The translations under genes were made by a program, and so were the position numbers. Of a DNA stretch of 64,000 bases, positions 36,987 through 47,624 are shown one piece after another. The DNA is taken from positions 1 to 64,000 of the IMG/VR virus record IMGVR_UViG_3300027782_003601. The stretch is one strand, 5' to 3'. Below the pieces are notes generated by a model. It was not told the DNA's origin. It saw only the letters and a list, made by a program, of their open reading frames with translations, and searched no databases. The stretch is from a virus. How positions within the stretch are numbered: position 1 is the first letter of the stretch; every line of letters starts with the position of its first letter.

Positions 36987-37610
36987 ATGAGAAAACTAAT
37001 AACTTTATTACTTATGCTATCGGGAGTGTTAGCATATGGCCAGAACCTGACATTCAAATCTTATAAGAATGGACAAATAATCGCAACTAAAACTATTCCA
37101 TATCCTACAAAAGTTGTAACAAAAGTAGTTTATAAGTATGTACCTTTTGCAAAAATTAAGAAAGTAAATGTACCTGTCCCAAAGATAGAATATAAATTGG
37201 TTGAAGTTCCAACAAAACCAACGGCATTGGATACGGTATCAATCTTACAACAATACTATCCAAAGAATGAATTCAAAGATGTATTGGTATTACCAGATGG
37301 ACAAGGTAGAATATCTATTACAGATAGTATTTCACACAATCGTTTGGCAAGTAGAAAGTGGTTGGCGGATATTAATCCAAAAGTAGTTAGAGAGACAGTT
37401 GAAGTACCCTCTCCACCCATTAGAGAATATTACATAGGACCAGAAGGTAGTACAAACTTTAGTTCGGTAAATAATTGGTATAGTTTATCTTTATTAGTTA
37501 AAAACAAATCAAATCATATAATCAGATTTAGTGGTGGTATTAATATGAGAGATGGTATTGATGGACCAAAACCATATTTTGCAGCAGGATTTTACTTTAA
37601 GTTTAAATAA
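36987..37610 (+). CDS. Exported protein with beta-rich C-terminus
   Basis: Signal peptide; ends AGFYFKFK. Confidence 0.7.
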   Translation: MRKLITLLLMLSGVLAYGQNLTFKSYKNGQIIATKTIPYPTKVVTKVVYKYVPFAKIKKVNVPVPKIEYKLVEVPTKPTALDTVSILQQYYPKNEFKDVLVLPDGQGRISITDSISHNRLASRKWLADINPKVVRETVEVPSPPIREYYIGPEGSTNFSSVNNWYSLSLLVKNKSNHIIRFSGGINMRDGIDGPKPYFAAGFYFKFK

Positions 37611-37892
37611 ATGAAAAAAATAGTAGTATTACTAATGTTATTGGGAGTAATGACATCAGCAGAAGCAAGACCAAATAGGTATCGTATTATGATTAAACAA
37701 ATTGAGGGAGTATTATATTATATTCCACAAGAAAGAAAAAAAATTGAAGGATTGCCAATTCCACAATGGGTAGATATTTCCAATCAACCACTAAAAAGTG
37801 AAAATGAGGCAAGGAACTATGTGAGAGAAGCACAAATTATTGAAAGTCAAATTAGACAATCAAACATCATTCAATATATTAACGTAAAATGA
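37611..37892 (+). CDS. Exported hypothetical protein
   Basis: Signal peptide AEA. Confidence 0.65.
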   Translation: MKKIVVLLMLLGVMTSAEARPNRYRIMIKQIEGVLYYIPQERKKIEGLPIPQWVDISNQPLKSENEARNYVREAQIIESQIRQSNIIQYINVK

Positions 37893-38321
37893 AATATATA
37901 AAAAGCATATTACTAATTGCAATCGGAGTATTGTTATTAGATTCGTGTATAGTAATCACCGGAAGACCACCAATTGGTAGAAGAGGTTTTTTTTTACATC
38001 CGCAAAGAGGATATAGAAAATTACCAAACTATCACCCAAATCCTCGTCAATTTTATAATCCAATACCACCTAATAAAAGATAATTAAAATGATTAAGTTT
38101 AAAAACACAGATTACCGATTGTTGGTACTACCTGAATTTGAACTTTGGTATGTAAAGGATTTTTTTATAAATGAGAAACAGACCAGACCATGTTTAGGAT
38201 TCAATGTTGGTTGGTTATTTTGGGAATTATATGTAATGATTAAATTATAAAAATAATTTGGAATTGTGGGAATAATTTTGTATATTAGACTTACAATTAA
38301 TTAAAATCTAAAAATAAAGTT

Positions 38322-38558
38322 ATGGAAAAGACATTAAGAGTTAAGTATAGTGATTTTCAAACAAAATTATCATTTAATGAGTGGGCAAAGTTATTGCAAG
38401 TATCAACATTGGCAGAATACGAATTTGAACCTTATTATAAAAAGTTGGATAGTTATAATGAGGAAGAAAAACGTAAAATGATTAGTTCAGTATACAAAAT
38501 GGAAACACCAAAAAAATCTTTATCATCACAAAAACAAACTCACAAATATGCCGTATAA
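38322..38558 (+). CDS. Hypothetical protein
   Basis: ORF after promoter. Confidence 0.6.
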   Translation: MEKTLRVKYSDFQTKLSFNEWAKLLQVSTLAEYEFEPYYKKLDSYNEEEKRKMISSVYKMETPKKSLSSQKQTHKYAV

Positions 38559-39054
38559 ACAACACATTATAGATGTGCCTAATTGGCCAGCAGAAGGTGT
38601 TCTATTTAAAGACATCACCCCATTACTTGCAGAACCGGCAGCATTCAACTTTGCTTTAGATGATTTATCAATTATGGTTGAAGAATTGCAATTCAATTGT
38701 ATTGCAGGTATTGAAAGTAGAGGTTTCATCTTTGGTGCAGGATTATCCGCTCTGAATGGATGTGGGTTCATTCCTGTCCGTAAAGAAGGTAAATTACCAC
38801 CACCAATTGAATACATAGATTCCACTAAAGAATATGGTAATGAGGTATTGGAGGTAAAAGCAGGAACTGGTGATGTTTTGATTGTAGATGATGTATTGGC
38901 AACTGGCGGAACTTTAAGAGCAACCGAACAATTACTAACTGAAGCAGGTTACAATGTAGTAGGAGCAATTGTATTGATTGAACTAACCTATTTGCATGAT
39001 GAAATCTTAATTGGTGGGCAACCTGTATTATCTTTAATTAAATACGATGAGTAA
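38548..39054 (+). CDS. apt: Adenine phosphoribosyltransferase
   Basis: GVLFKDITPLL, GIESRGF, RKEGKLP, IVDDVLATGGT. Confidence 0.93.
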   Translation: MPYKQHIIDVPNWPAEGVLFKDITPLLAEPAAFNFALDDLSIMVEELQFNCIAGIESRGFIFGAGLSALNGCGFIPVRKEGKLPPPIEYIDSTKEYGNEVLEVKAGTGDVLIVDDVLATGGTLRATEQLLTEAGYNVVGAIVLIELTYLHDEILIGGQPVLSLIKYDE

Positions 39055-39598
39055 ACATATTATATTATTCGTAGCATTAGAATCCGAACTACCAAAGGAA
39101 TTAGTACCACCAAATGTGAGTGTGTATTATACAGGTGTGGGTAAGGTAAATGCTGCAATCAAAGCAACGGAGGTTTTATCTGGTTTGTTGTATGATTTTA
39201 ATCTAACCGTACTAAACTATGGTTCGGCAGGTTCAAATACAATACCAAAAGGAACATTAGCAGATTGTAGGTATTTCATTCAGCAAGATATGATTACTCC
39301 ATTTGGTAAAACGCATGAAACTCCATTTGATTCTGAAATATATACTGAAATAAAAGAACCAACAATTGAATTTGGTAGTGGGTATGTGTGTAGAACGCAG
39401 GATAAGTTTGAAGATAATCCACAAGGTATCTTTGATATGGAAGCATATTCAATTGCAAAGGTATGTAAGATTTATGGATTTGATTTCAGAGCATATAAAT
39501 ACATTAGTGATGCAGGTGATTCGGATGAATGGAAGGAAAATCATTCAAAAGGAGCAAGTTTGTTTTTAGAACAACTTAAAAAAATACAAAATGGATAG
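39047..39598 (+). CDS. mtnN: MTA/SAH nucleosidase-like (PNP_UDP family)
   Basis: ALESE, TGVGKVNAA, NYGSAG, DMEAYS, ISD. Confidence 0.8.
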   Translation: MSKHIILFVALESELPKELVPPNVSVYYTGVGKVNAAIKATEVLSGLLYDFNLTVLNYGSAGSNTIPKGTLADCRYFIQQDMITPFGKTHETPFDSEIYTEIKEPTIEFGSGYVCRTQDKFEDNPQGIFDMEAYSIAKVCKIYGFDFRAYKYISDAGDSDEWKENHSKGASLFLEQLKKIQNG

Positions 39599-39842
39599 GA
39601 GAGCTAAAATTGCTGAAGTAAATCCAGATGCTATCCTTTGGGATGATTTAGATGAAGCTATCATTGGTATTGATGTGGATAATATAGCAGTTTATGATAT
39701 ATATAAAATGGAGTTAGAGATTATGAAACTACACGATTGCACATTTGAAGAAGCAGTTGAATGGGTAGATTATAATATCCTATCTGCATATGTAGGTGAG
39801 TGGACACCTAAACATATTTGGTTAATACCTGAAAACAAATAA
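39591..39842 (+). CDS. Hypothetical phage protein
   Basis: DEAIIG..AVYD..YNI..AYVGE.TP. Confidence 0.75.
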   Translation: MDRRAKIAEVNPDAILWDDLDEAIIGIDVDNIAVYDIYKMELEIMKLHDCTFEEAVEWVDYNILSAYVGEWTPKHIWLIPENK

Positions 39843-39862
39843 ACAATATAATAAAAAATAAT

Positions 39863-40384
39863 ATGGGATTAAGAGAAGCAACGGCTGAACTACATAGTAA
39901 AGCTGAAAAGATGGAGTTCAATCAACGAATGTTTAGAGGTGAGTTATCCACAAAGGAATACTTACATTATTTGATTCAGCAAGCATGTATTTTTGAATCT
40001 ATAGAAGAACATAAATCGGCTGATATAAGTCCGGATTTGGCTAGGTTAACAAAAGTATTTGAGGATATTATGGAATTACAAAAAGAAGTTCCACAAACCC
40101 TACCACAAATCCAAGCAGCCAATGAGTATGGTGCATATTTGGAAGGTTTAAACACAAAGGATTTATATCCTCACATTTATTTAAACTATATGGCATTGAT
40201 GTATGGTGGGCAAATGATGAAATCAAAAGTTCCAGGTAAAGGTAGAATGTATGATTTTGATAATGTACCAGAAGCAATTGCTACGATTAGAGGTATCCAA
40301 AAGGATATATGGGCTGATGAAGTTAACAAAGGATTTAATTTTATTATAAACATATTAGATGAACTACAAAGAAACGCTGGATAG
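39863..40384 (+). CDS. Heme oxygenase (biliverdin-producing)
   Basis: LREATAELHSKAE proximal His; HIYLNYMALMYGGQMM distal helix. Confidence 0.9.
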   Translation: MGLREATAELHSKAEKMEFNQRMFRGELSTKEYLHYLIQQACIFESIEEHKSADISPDLARLTKVFEDIMELQKEVPQTLPQIQAANEYGAYLEGLNTKDLYPHIYLNYMALMYGGQMMKSKVPGKGRMYDFDNVPEAIATIRGIQKDIWADEVNKGFNFIINILDELQRNAG

Positions 40385-40994
40385 TATAGCAGATAATATT
40401 GAAAACATTATCATTAAACATAATGGTAACGTATTGCCTACCGAAGATTATGGGTGGGTTAATAAACGATATATAAGTGATAAATTTAGATTAGCACATA
40501 TTGAAAGATATAGTGATAAAAATTTAGAGGTATTACATATAACGTGTTTTCCAAACGAAAAGTATTCACATCCTATTTTTGGGTTTGATATTGTATGTAC
40601 TGCCAATAAACCATTAGCTGCATTTATGGATTGGTCACCTGTTAATAATACATTGAGTTATAAGTGTAATTATGATTTTGAAAAAATGTATCCATTACCT
40701 GAATGGGCTAAACTAATATTTTCACCATCTGCATTGGGCATAATACCAAATGATAATGAGTTGGTAAAATTAACTGATATTATACATGACTGTTTTGATA
40801 TGTATATGAAAATATTGGATGGTGCAAAAAAAAGTGAATATCATAGTAAATATATAATAGTAGCTCAAAATCGTTATTGTGAAAACCAACAAAAGAACGA
40901 AAGAACTTATAATGTATTGAAAGCTAAATTAGGTGAGGATAGAGCAAGACAATTTATGGAAACTATATTATTTCCCAAAATAAATTTAAATTAA
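40359..40994 (+). CDS. Ferredoxin-dependent bilin reductase (PcyA/PcyX-like)
   Basis: RLAHIE, VLHITCFP, PIFGFDIV, LPEWA-IFS, YCENQQKNERT...FMETILFP. Confidence 0.88.
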   Translation: MNYKETLDSIADNIENIIIKHNGNVLPTEDYGWVNKRYISDKFRLAHIERYSDKNLEVLHITCFPNEKYSHPIFGFDIVCTANKPLAAFMDWSPVNNTLSYKCNYDFEKMYPLPEWAKLIFSPSALGIIPNDNELVKLTDIIHDCFDMYMKILDGAKKSEYHSKYIIVAQNRYCENQQKNERTYNVLKAKLGEDRARQFMETILFPKINLN

Positions 40995-40996
40995 TT

Positions 40997-41239
40997 ATGA
41001 CAAAAGAAGAAGCAATTTTTATTAAAGATTTAAGAGTGAATGGTGACCATACTTGGAGAACGATACATATAGAGTATCAATTGAAATATGTACCAAAAGA
41101 AGAATGGTATTTTTTACCATCTGTAAAAAAATTAGTATCAGATAAAAGTATGCCAAGTGGTAATCAATTGATGGGTGCTGAACTATGTGGGGAGGCAATG
41201 CATTTATTGGGTGAAACTATAGATGATGGTTGGGATTAA
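40997..41239 (+). CDS. Hypothetical protein
   Basis: ORF track. Confidence 0.65.
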   Translation: MTKEEAIFIKDLRVNGDHTWRTIHIEYQLKYVPKEEWYFLPSVKKLVSDKSMPSGNQLMGAELCGEAMHLLGETIDDGWD

Positions 41240-41920
41240 ATAAAATATTATGGGAAAAAGAGATAACACTTTGATTTGGGTAATAGTAGCACTATTGGGA
41301 TTGATAGTGATTCAGATGTTTGGTACACTTAAAATAAAAGAAGAATTAAAGCAATGCAAAGCAGCAAATAAGTAGAGTGATGAAAGAGAAGTACAAACAC
41401 AAATTTTTAGAAGAATCATCCGAAGAATGGGATTCATTCAAACCTATTGTGAAACCTATTAAAAGGAAAAGTTTAGAAACTCAATCGGTTAAGCGGAAAG
41501 AGAAATTAAAGAAACGAATAAAAACTGAGGAATAATGCAAGTAATTTTACTAATAATTATTGGAGTGTTTTTGGTATATCGTATGATGTTGGTTGAGGAT
41601 AGAATGAATAAGATGGAGCATGATATGGAAAAATATAAAACTAATTTGAATAAAGAATTAGATAAAAGGGATAAAGAGTTTAAACAATTTCGTACTTAGA
41701 TTGAATATATCCCATATTTATATTCAAACATATAAATAAAATTATGGAAAAGAAAATTGATAACCTTAAATTTGATGAATTAAAATCTCAAATGGAAACT
41801 GAGTGGGAAAGACATAAAATAAAGCAAAGTACCACAACTGAAAGGGGAATAGAAGTTCGGACAATCTTAATGATGTTGGACTGGATTGAAGATAATAGTA
41901 AATAAATAAAAATCAGTTAT

Positions 41921-42184
41921 ATGCAAACACTAATAGTTATGTTAATCTTTGTTGTCCTACATTGGATGACGTATCAGAAGCAATCAAAAGAAATCCAAAG
42001 ATTGCAGTTATTAATCAAACTTCATAATGAGAATATGAAAACTGCTATTCAAGAGGCAGAGGAGGGTCAATCTAGAATCAAAAAGATTCAATCTGCTAGA
42101 AAAGATGAACAAACAAATGGTAACAAATCTCGCAGAGAATCCTTACAAAAAGAAATCAAAGGAAAATTAGATAGTAACAAATAG
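41921..42184 (+). CDS. Membrane-anchored coiled-coil protein
   Basis: ORF track. Confidence 0.6.
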   Translation: MQTLIVMLIFVVLHWMTYQKQSKEIQRLQLLIKLHNENMKTAIQEAEEGQSRIKKIQSARKDEQTNGNKSRRESLQKEIKGKLDSNK

Positions 42185-42185
42185 T

Positions 42186-42458
42186 ATGAATAGAAATACA
42201 CAAAATTGGCTAAAAGCAACCGGTATGGGGTTTGGTTACATAAGTGCTATTGCATTATTTATAGGGGGATTGGTAATATTTCTTAAATCCTATCCAAAAT
42301 ATTTTGAGTACACTTTAATTATTATATTTGTAGGAATTGGTTTATTTGGATTAATCAAATTTATCAAAGACCATTTGGATGATAAGGATGCATCGGATAA
42401 ATATTACAGAGAAATGTATCCATCATATTACAAAGACGAAAAGGAAAAAGATAAATAA
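42186..42458 (+). CDS. Two-TM membrane protein
   Basis: ORF track. Confidence 0.65.
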   Translation: MNRNTQNWLKATGMGFGYISAIALFIGGLVIFLKSYPKYFEYTLIIIFVGIGLFGLIKFIKDHLDDKDASDKYYREMYPSYYKDEKEKDK

Positions 42459-42459
42459 T

Positions 42460-42741
42460 ATGGAATATCACTATAACATAGAGCAATTCAATTGGAATAA
42501 GGATATAAATACATTCTACGCAGAAGCGGCACATTTGGTATGTATGATGGGTGATGGTAGTATTCATCCAGAAGCATTCCCAAATCAGAAAGGGCAATTT
42601 TTTATTGATAACACTAAAACTGGTGGATTCCGTAGATTCAGATTCCGTAAAGAACTGATAGGTGGTATAGGTAATGAGGTATCTACTAAATGGATATTTG
42701 AAAGTGAAGATGAAATAGAGTGTATAATTTCAATAGATTAA
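42460..42741 (+). CDS. Hypothetical protein
   Basis: ATG 42460. Confidence 0.65.
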   Translation: MEYHYNIEQFNWNKDINTFYAEAAHLVCMMGDGSIHPEAFPNQKGQFFIDNTKTGGFRRFRFRKELIGGIGNEVSTKWIFESEDEIECIISID

Positions 42742-42804
42742 CGGAGATTCGCCGGAGGGGTGGGGGTTGGGGGAATCGCAGTCGTAAAGGGAAAAATTAT
42801 TGAT

Positions 42805-42892
42805 AGTGTCTTAATTAGTTTAGATAGTGATAGTTGCCTTAATTAGTTTAGAGTGTCTTAATTAGTTTAGATAGTGATAGTTGCTTTAATTA
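42805..42892. repeat. Tandem repeat, ~47-nt unit with TTAATTAGTTTAG cores
   Basis: AGTGTCTTAATTAGTTTAGATAGTGATAGTTGC occurs twice. Confidence 0.85.
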
Positions 42893-42956
42893 TTTGGGAT
42901 TATCCTTTGATTTCCAAAAAATATTTCGTATATTAGATTAATTAAACAATAAGAAA

Positions 42957-43328
42957 ATGCGTAAGTATACATTTATAGAGTTCATAGCAGCTCAAGAAGG
43001 TGATGATTTTAATGTTATTGAAGACCATAACTTAGGATGGGCAAGAAGTTTTGTTAAAGGGATGGGTGATTTACCCAATCCAAAACATGAAGGTGATTGT
43101 ACCAAAGAAAATTATACGTGTACATTGTGTGTATATGAGTTGTATTTAAAAGAATATAGGGAGTACTTCTTTAAAGAAGAAGAAACATTAGAACAAGCTT
43201 CACTAAGAATTTATCCGATTAATATCGTTAAACTTAATGATACTTTAGAGATTGACTCTAATGCCACCAAACGTATGGCTTTTATTGAGGGTGGGGAATA
43301 TACCTTAAAACAAAATGGGATAGTATGA
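42957..43328 (+). CDS. Hypothetical protein (H..C..C..C)
   Basis: ORF after promoter. Confidence 0.65.
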   Translation: MRKYTFIEFIAAQEGDDFNVIEDHNLGWARSFVKGMGDLPNPKHEGDCTKENYTCTLCVYELYLKEYREYFFKEEETLEQASLRIYPINIVKLNDTLEIDSNATKRMAFIEGGEYTLKQNGIV

Positions 43329-43778
43329 AACTATTGTTCTATTATATAAGTAAATTAATTAACAATGTTATATAAGATATTAGTCGTATTAGGTATAGGA
43401 TTAGTGATAGGAATCCTTAAATGGTTTGAAGTTAAAAGTTGGAATAAAAGAATAAAGAAATATAAATCAAAGACGAGATGAATAGATATCACTTAGAGGT
43501 AATCAAATCCGATGATACGGGTCACACAATAATTGAGGCAGATGGATATGGTATTAATTCAAACGGATGTTACGAATTTTACGATGAGTATGATGTTGTA
43601 AGAAGAGTTGTTGCCAGTTATCCTATTGGAAGGACGGTAATTCAAAGAATAGATTATAACATACAATAATTATGAGATACTTAGAAGATTTAAAAGATAT
43701 TGGAATAGGGTTAATTCTATTCATAAGTGGAGTGAGTTTATTGGTCCAATTTGTTCATTGGTTAGTAGGTTTGATTCT

Positions 43779-44291
43779 ATGAGTAATAAATACAACATAG
43801 GTGGGTATGGTGAATCAGAACCTTTGGTATTCGGAAAGAATAGGAAGGTAAATATAACCAATCCACAAAGAATTAATGGTGAAATTCTCAATGGGATTGT
43901 CATACAATTTGAACCAAAGCATATGAATGCGGATAATGAGTATGTATGGGTAATCTTTAAGAAGGAAACATTTGTTTTGATAGCAACTTTAAGGATAGAA
44001 AAGGAGTTAGATGAAAGAGGTTGGGTAAAGGTATGGTACACAGCAAACGGAAGTGGAGGGGATGAAGGTAGTGAAATTCACATAAATGATTTAACGGGTG
44101 ATAGAATAAAACGATTAGTAACCAATCGGGTTAAAGCAAAGTTAGATACCGATAGAGATGAGGGATTACGATGGGATAAAGATGAAGATGAGGAAGAGTT
44201 ACCACCACTACAACAATGGAAATCTCCTATGACTCAATTGACTCAAGCTATGAAAGATTTACATAAGAGAATACAAAAGAAAAATGGATAA
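43779..44291 (+). CDS. Hypothetical protein (LxIxN family)
   Basis: ATG 43779. Confidence 0.65.
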   Translation: MSNKYNIGGYGESEPLVFGKNRKVNITNPQRINGEILNGIVIQFEPKHMNADNEYVWVIFKKETFVLIATLRIEKELDERGWVKVWYTANGSGGDEGSEIHINDLTGDRIKRLVTNRVKAKLDTDRDEGLRWDKDEDEEELPPLQQWKSPMTQLTQAMKDLHKRIQKKNG

Positions 44292-44688
44292 GAAACTAAC
44301 GATTGAGAATCCCGAAAATATTGATAAGAGTCCATTACCTAATTTAGATGGGTGGAGTATAGAGGCAGGGCATAAGTATTGGGATATGTATGAGTTTGAT
44401 ATATTCCAAAATCATACAATTAGAATGTCATTAAGAATAATGAGAGAGGAAGGGTTTGATTCTCACTATGATTGTACGATGATAGGTAGTGGTAGAGCAA
44501 CGGTTAAGTATTTGATGAACAAAAGGGATTTGAAAACAAAGGATTCATTTTTGATGATAGTAACGGAGATAGTAGAAAAGATGTTAGAAGAGAGAAGAAA
44601 GCAGTATAACACTACTACAATGCCACCACAACAATGGGGTAATTCACCATCATTTGGACCAACCCATTCCCTAAACTTACCATTTTAG
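44284..44688 (+). CDS. Hypothetical protein (LxIxN family)
   Basis: KLTIENP. Confidence 0.7.
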   Translation: MDKKLTIENPENIDKSPLPNLDGWSIEAGHKYWDMYEFDIFQNHTIRMSLRIMREEGFDSHYDCTMIGSGRATVKYLMNKRDLKTKDSFLMIVTEIVEKMLEERRKQYNTTTMPPQQWGNSPSFGPTHSLNLPF

Positions 44689-44733
44689 GATTCAAACCAA
44701 TGTCGGACTCATATAAAAATAAAACAGCAAGGA

Positions 44734-45084
44734 ATGTTAACAATAAGAAACATAAATAAGATAGTAGGTAAGGATATCCATATAGGAGGGAATAGAATAG
44801 CATTAGCAAAAATAGAAGATGTCATTGAGTGGATAGATAATAGGTATGGGTTTATAATCCATGTCCATACACCAGATGGTAAGATAAAGGGATATCATTT
44901 AAACTTAGATAGAAAGAAGATACAATATCCCATAGTCTTAAAAGATTGTTGGGAACTATCTTATGAAGAGAAACCAAACCAACTGAAAGTAGAAGTAGAA
45001 GCAATAAGTAAGGAAGATTTACGGGATATGAAAGAAGTAATAAGGAGAATAGGTCATATGATGGATAGAGTATTGAATTCGTAA
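44734..45084 (+). CDS. Hypothetical protein (LxIxN family)
   Basis: MLTIRN. Confidence 0.7.
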   Translation: MLTIRNINKIVGKDIHIGGNRIALAKIEDVIEWIDNRYGFIIHVHTPDGKIKGYHLNLDRKKIQYPIVLKDCWELSYEEKPNQLKVEVEAISKEDLRDMKEVIRRIGHMMDRVLNS

Positions 45085-45089
45085 TAGAT

Positions 45090-45434
45090 ATGAAATTAAA
45101 GATAGAAAATCCCCATAGGTTGGTAGAGATGTATAAGGAGATAGCACCGGATTGGGTAATGAAGTTTAGAGGGGGTAGTGGAGGTGAGTATAAGTTTGGA
45201 TTGCAATCTGATTCTACTAAAGTATGGGATGAGTTCCAAATCTATATAACTAAGGAGATGAAGGTGATATGGGATACCCATAACTTCACACCACATTACT
45301 ATGTAAAATTAATAGTGGTTGAGCAGTTATACCGTCGTTCACTTACTAACGTAATTCGTTTAGATGAGTGTAGAAATCCTCAAAAGTTAATAGAGCATAT
45401 CTTAGATGGGATGGATGCGATAGTCCAATCATAG
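45090..45434 (+). CDS. Hypothetical protein (LxIxN family)
   Basis: KLKIENP. Confidence 0.7.
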   Translation: MKLKIENPHRLVEMYKEIAPDWVMKFRGGSGGEYKFGLQSDSTKVWDEFQIYITKEMKVIWDTHNFTPHYYVKLIVVEQLYRRSLTNVIRLDECRNPQKLIEHILDGMDAIVQS

Positions 45435-45436
45435 TA

Positions 45437-45488
45437 ATTCACTAGCGTTGCATAGTTATTCACTAGCGTTGCATAGTTATTCACTAAC
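45437..45488. repeat. 21-nt tandem repeat, about 2.4 copies
   Basis: ATTCACTAGCGTTGCATAGTT. Confidence 0.85.
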
Positions 45489-45819
45489 TACAAAATGAAA
45501 GAAAGAAGAGATATAAGTGAGCTTCTATACAAAAGAAAAAGAATGGATTTGATTGTGTATGGAATCGGATTCACCATATTTTTGAGTATCGTAATCATAG
45601 GCTGGTGGTTAATTCTTTGGATTCTACTACATTCTATTTTTAGCTTCTAAGGGCTTAAAATCCTAAAGGTAGTGTATCACCCATAAGGTATCAAAATCTT
45701 TTAAGAGAATCCAATCCCACCCCATCTACGGAGGTGTGGAGTACCACTATGTCTAAATCACTAAGTATGTTATAATGGATAGTGATATACACACCCCTTA
45801 CAAAGAAAGAAAAGGAGGG

Positions 45820-46958
45820 TGACAAAGTGTCAGTAAAATTGAAGAGACCCCACCCTTTCACGCCGTCTGAGAGAAAAAAAAATTACATTTGTAACCGGTC
45901 TATTCACATTTGTAAACCCCTATATTTGTATTATTCTAAGACCCGTTAGATAGTTAGATAAACGTCTAAATGACTAATGCGCTTCGTAACATTAATTTCT
46001 CCCACTACGAGATAAAACTTTCCCATCAGAGCAGAAATTGTATTATTCCGATATGAGTTTGTTGTATAATTTATGTTATGTTAAGTAGAAAAATTATTCT
46101 AAGAACTTATTATGCGGTTAAAAATAATTCATAAAAGGCTTGACTTTATCAGCAGAATTTCGTATATTGTGGGAGTGGAGGGCGGGTTCTTAATCTCAAT
46201 CTACTGAGCATCAAAGACTTACACATCCAGCAGTATACGAATATGTGAATGCCTATTATAACACATTTTTTAAATTCATATGACAAATTGTCAGTAAAAA
46301 TAAATAAAAAATAAATGAGTAAAAGCTTGACTTGTGTTCACTTTTTTTGTATCTTTATTGTATGAGAGAGAGATTGATAGCCCCTTTAATTGTGTTCCTT
46401 TTGGTTACCGACCACCCCTGTCGTATGAGGGTGAGTTCAATACGTGTTGACCATTTACCTAAAATTGAAATAAGTTTTAAACCTAAACATTAATCCTATG
46501 TTAAACGAAGAAATGGTTGCTTTGAGTTTAGTTGAGTATGTTGATTTGTTAGAGGGTATGGCTTTGTTAAATGGTTCAACGCCTGAGAAGGTCAATTGGG
46601 ATTACTTTATGTGGCATGGTGTAATTGGTGAAGAAAGGTTTGAGGAAGCAAAGTGGGCATTGACCATTCGTAAAGTTGTTGGAGAGTATGCGGGTTTAGG
46701 TCACGCATAATTCGGACATGAATAAAAAAATAATTACCTAAGTGGATACTACCAGTAGGTATAGTACTAATAGGTATAAGAGATAGAGTGATTTAGTTTG
46801 TTACATTTTTTTGGGTTTAGATAATAGAAAGCAGTAGGATGATGTCTTACTGTTTTTTTGTGTCCAATCGTATTTAGCCATTCAACTAATTATGACATTC
46901 TGTCACCCCCCACCCCCCTAACTGAATTTCATGTAACTAAGAAGATGACACTTTGTCA
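45820..46958. promoter_or_regulatory. Four TGACA-N3-TGTCA palindromes in a gene-poor region
   Basis: At 45820, 46281, 46893 and 46946. Confidence 0.65.
46498..46710 (+). CDS. Hypothetical early protein
   Basis: Own promoter and terminator. Confidence 0.65.
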   Translation: MLNEEMVALSLVEYVDLLEGMALLNGSTPEKVNWDYFMWHGVIGEERFEEAKWALTIRKVVGEYAGLGHA

Positions 46959-47218
46959 GGATGGGGTCGGACCCGTTTAAATATTGCGGTCAGGTTTTTC
47001 ACCACAGAAACCCTTTTTTATATATTGTTGTGATACATCATGCATTGAATTCCCCATTGAATACCCCACTATACGTTGTTTAAAGGGATATGAGGTAAAT
47101 AAAAAAACCCTAATATTATTAAAAATAAACCACAAAAAGCTTGACTTTTAATCTAGAATTTAGTATCTTTAATATATGTGAGTGAGAGACCAAATCATCC
47201 CCTCCTCCATTTAACGAT

Positions 47219-47521
47219 ATGTACGATTTTTCATCATTACTACGAATTAAGTTTTACTCCGATACCGAACGTGGTTATGGAGATGTAGGTACTTTCAAAT
47301 ATGTAAGGGTTTCAAAAGATGAGTTTCATCCGATAACATACGAAAGATTTGATGGTTCTATTTACACTAAATATGTTCCAACCGATGCATTAATTGAACG
47401 ATTAAAAGGGTTGCGTTATAATGGGTATGGTATGGGATATGAGTTCGCAACCGAAGAAGCCTATAATGAGGAAATTGCCGAATTAAGAAAGAAGTTAGAA
47501 CGATTAGAGAATATTTGTTAA
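47219..47521 (+). CDS. Hypothetical early protein
   Basis: Lies between duplicated promoters. Confidence 0.7.
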   Translation: MYDFSSLLRIKFYSDTERGYGDVGTFKYVRVSKDEFHPITYERFDGSIYTKYVPTDALIERLKGLRYNGYGMGYEFATEEAYNEEIAELRKKLERLENIC

Positions 47522-47624
47522 AATAAACCACAAAAAGCTTGACTTTCTCCTTAGAATGTAGTATCTTTAATATATGTGAGAGAGAGATGGTTCTCCTCCC
47601 TAAAACCCCTTTAACCCATACCAT

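Noticed and set aside
42805-45488. Tandem repeats at 42805 and 45437 as CRISPR arrays
   Set aside because: The units abut with no unique spacers, there are only about 2 copies, and no cas genes are present.
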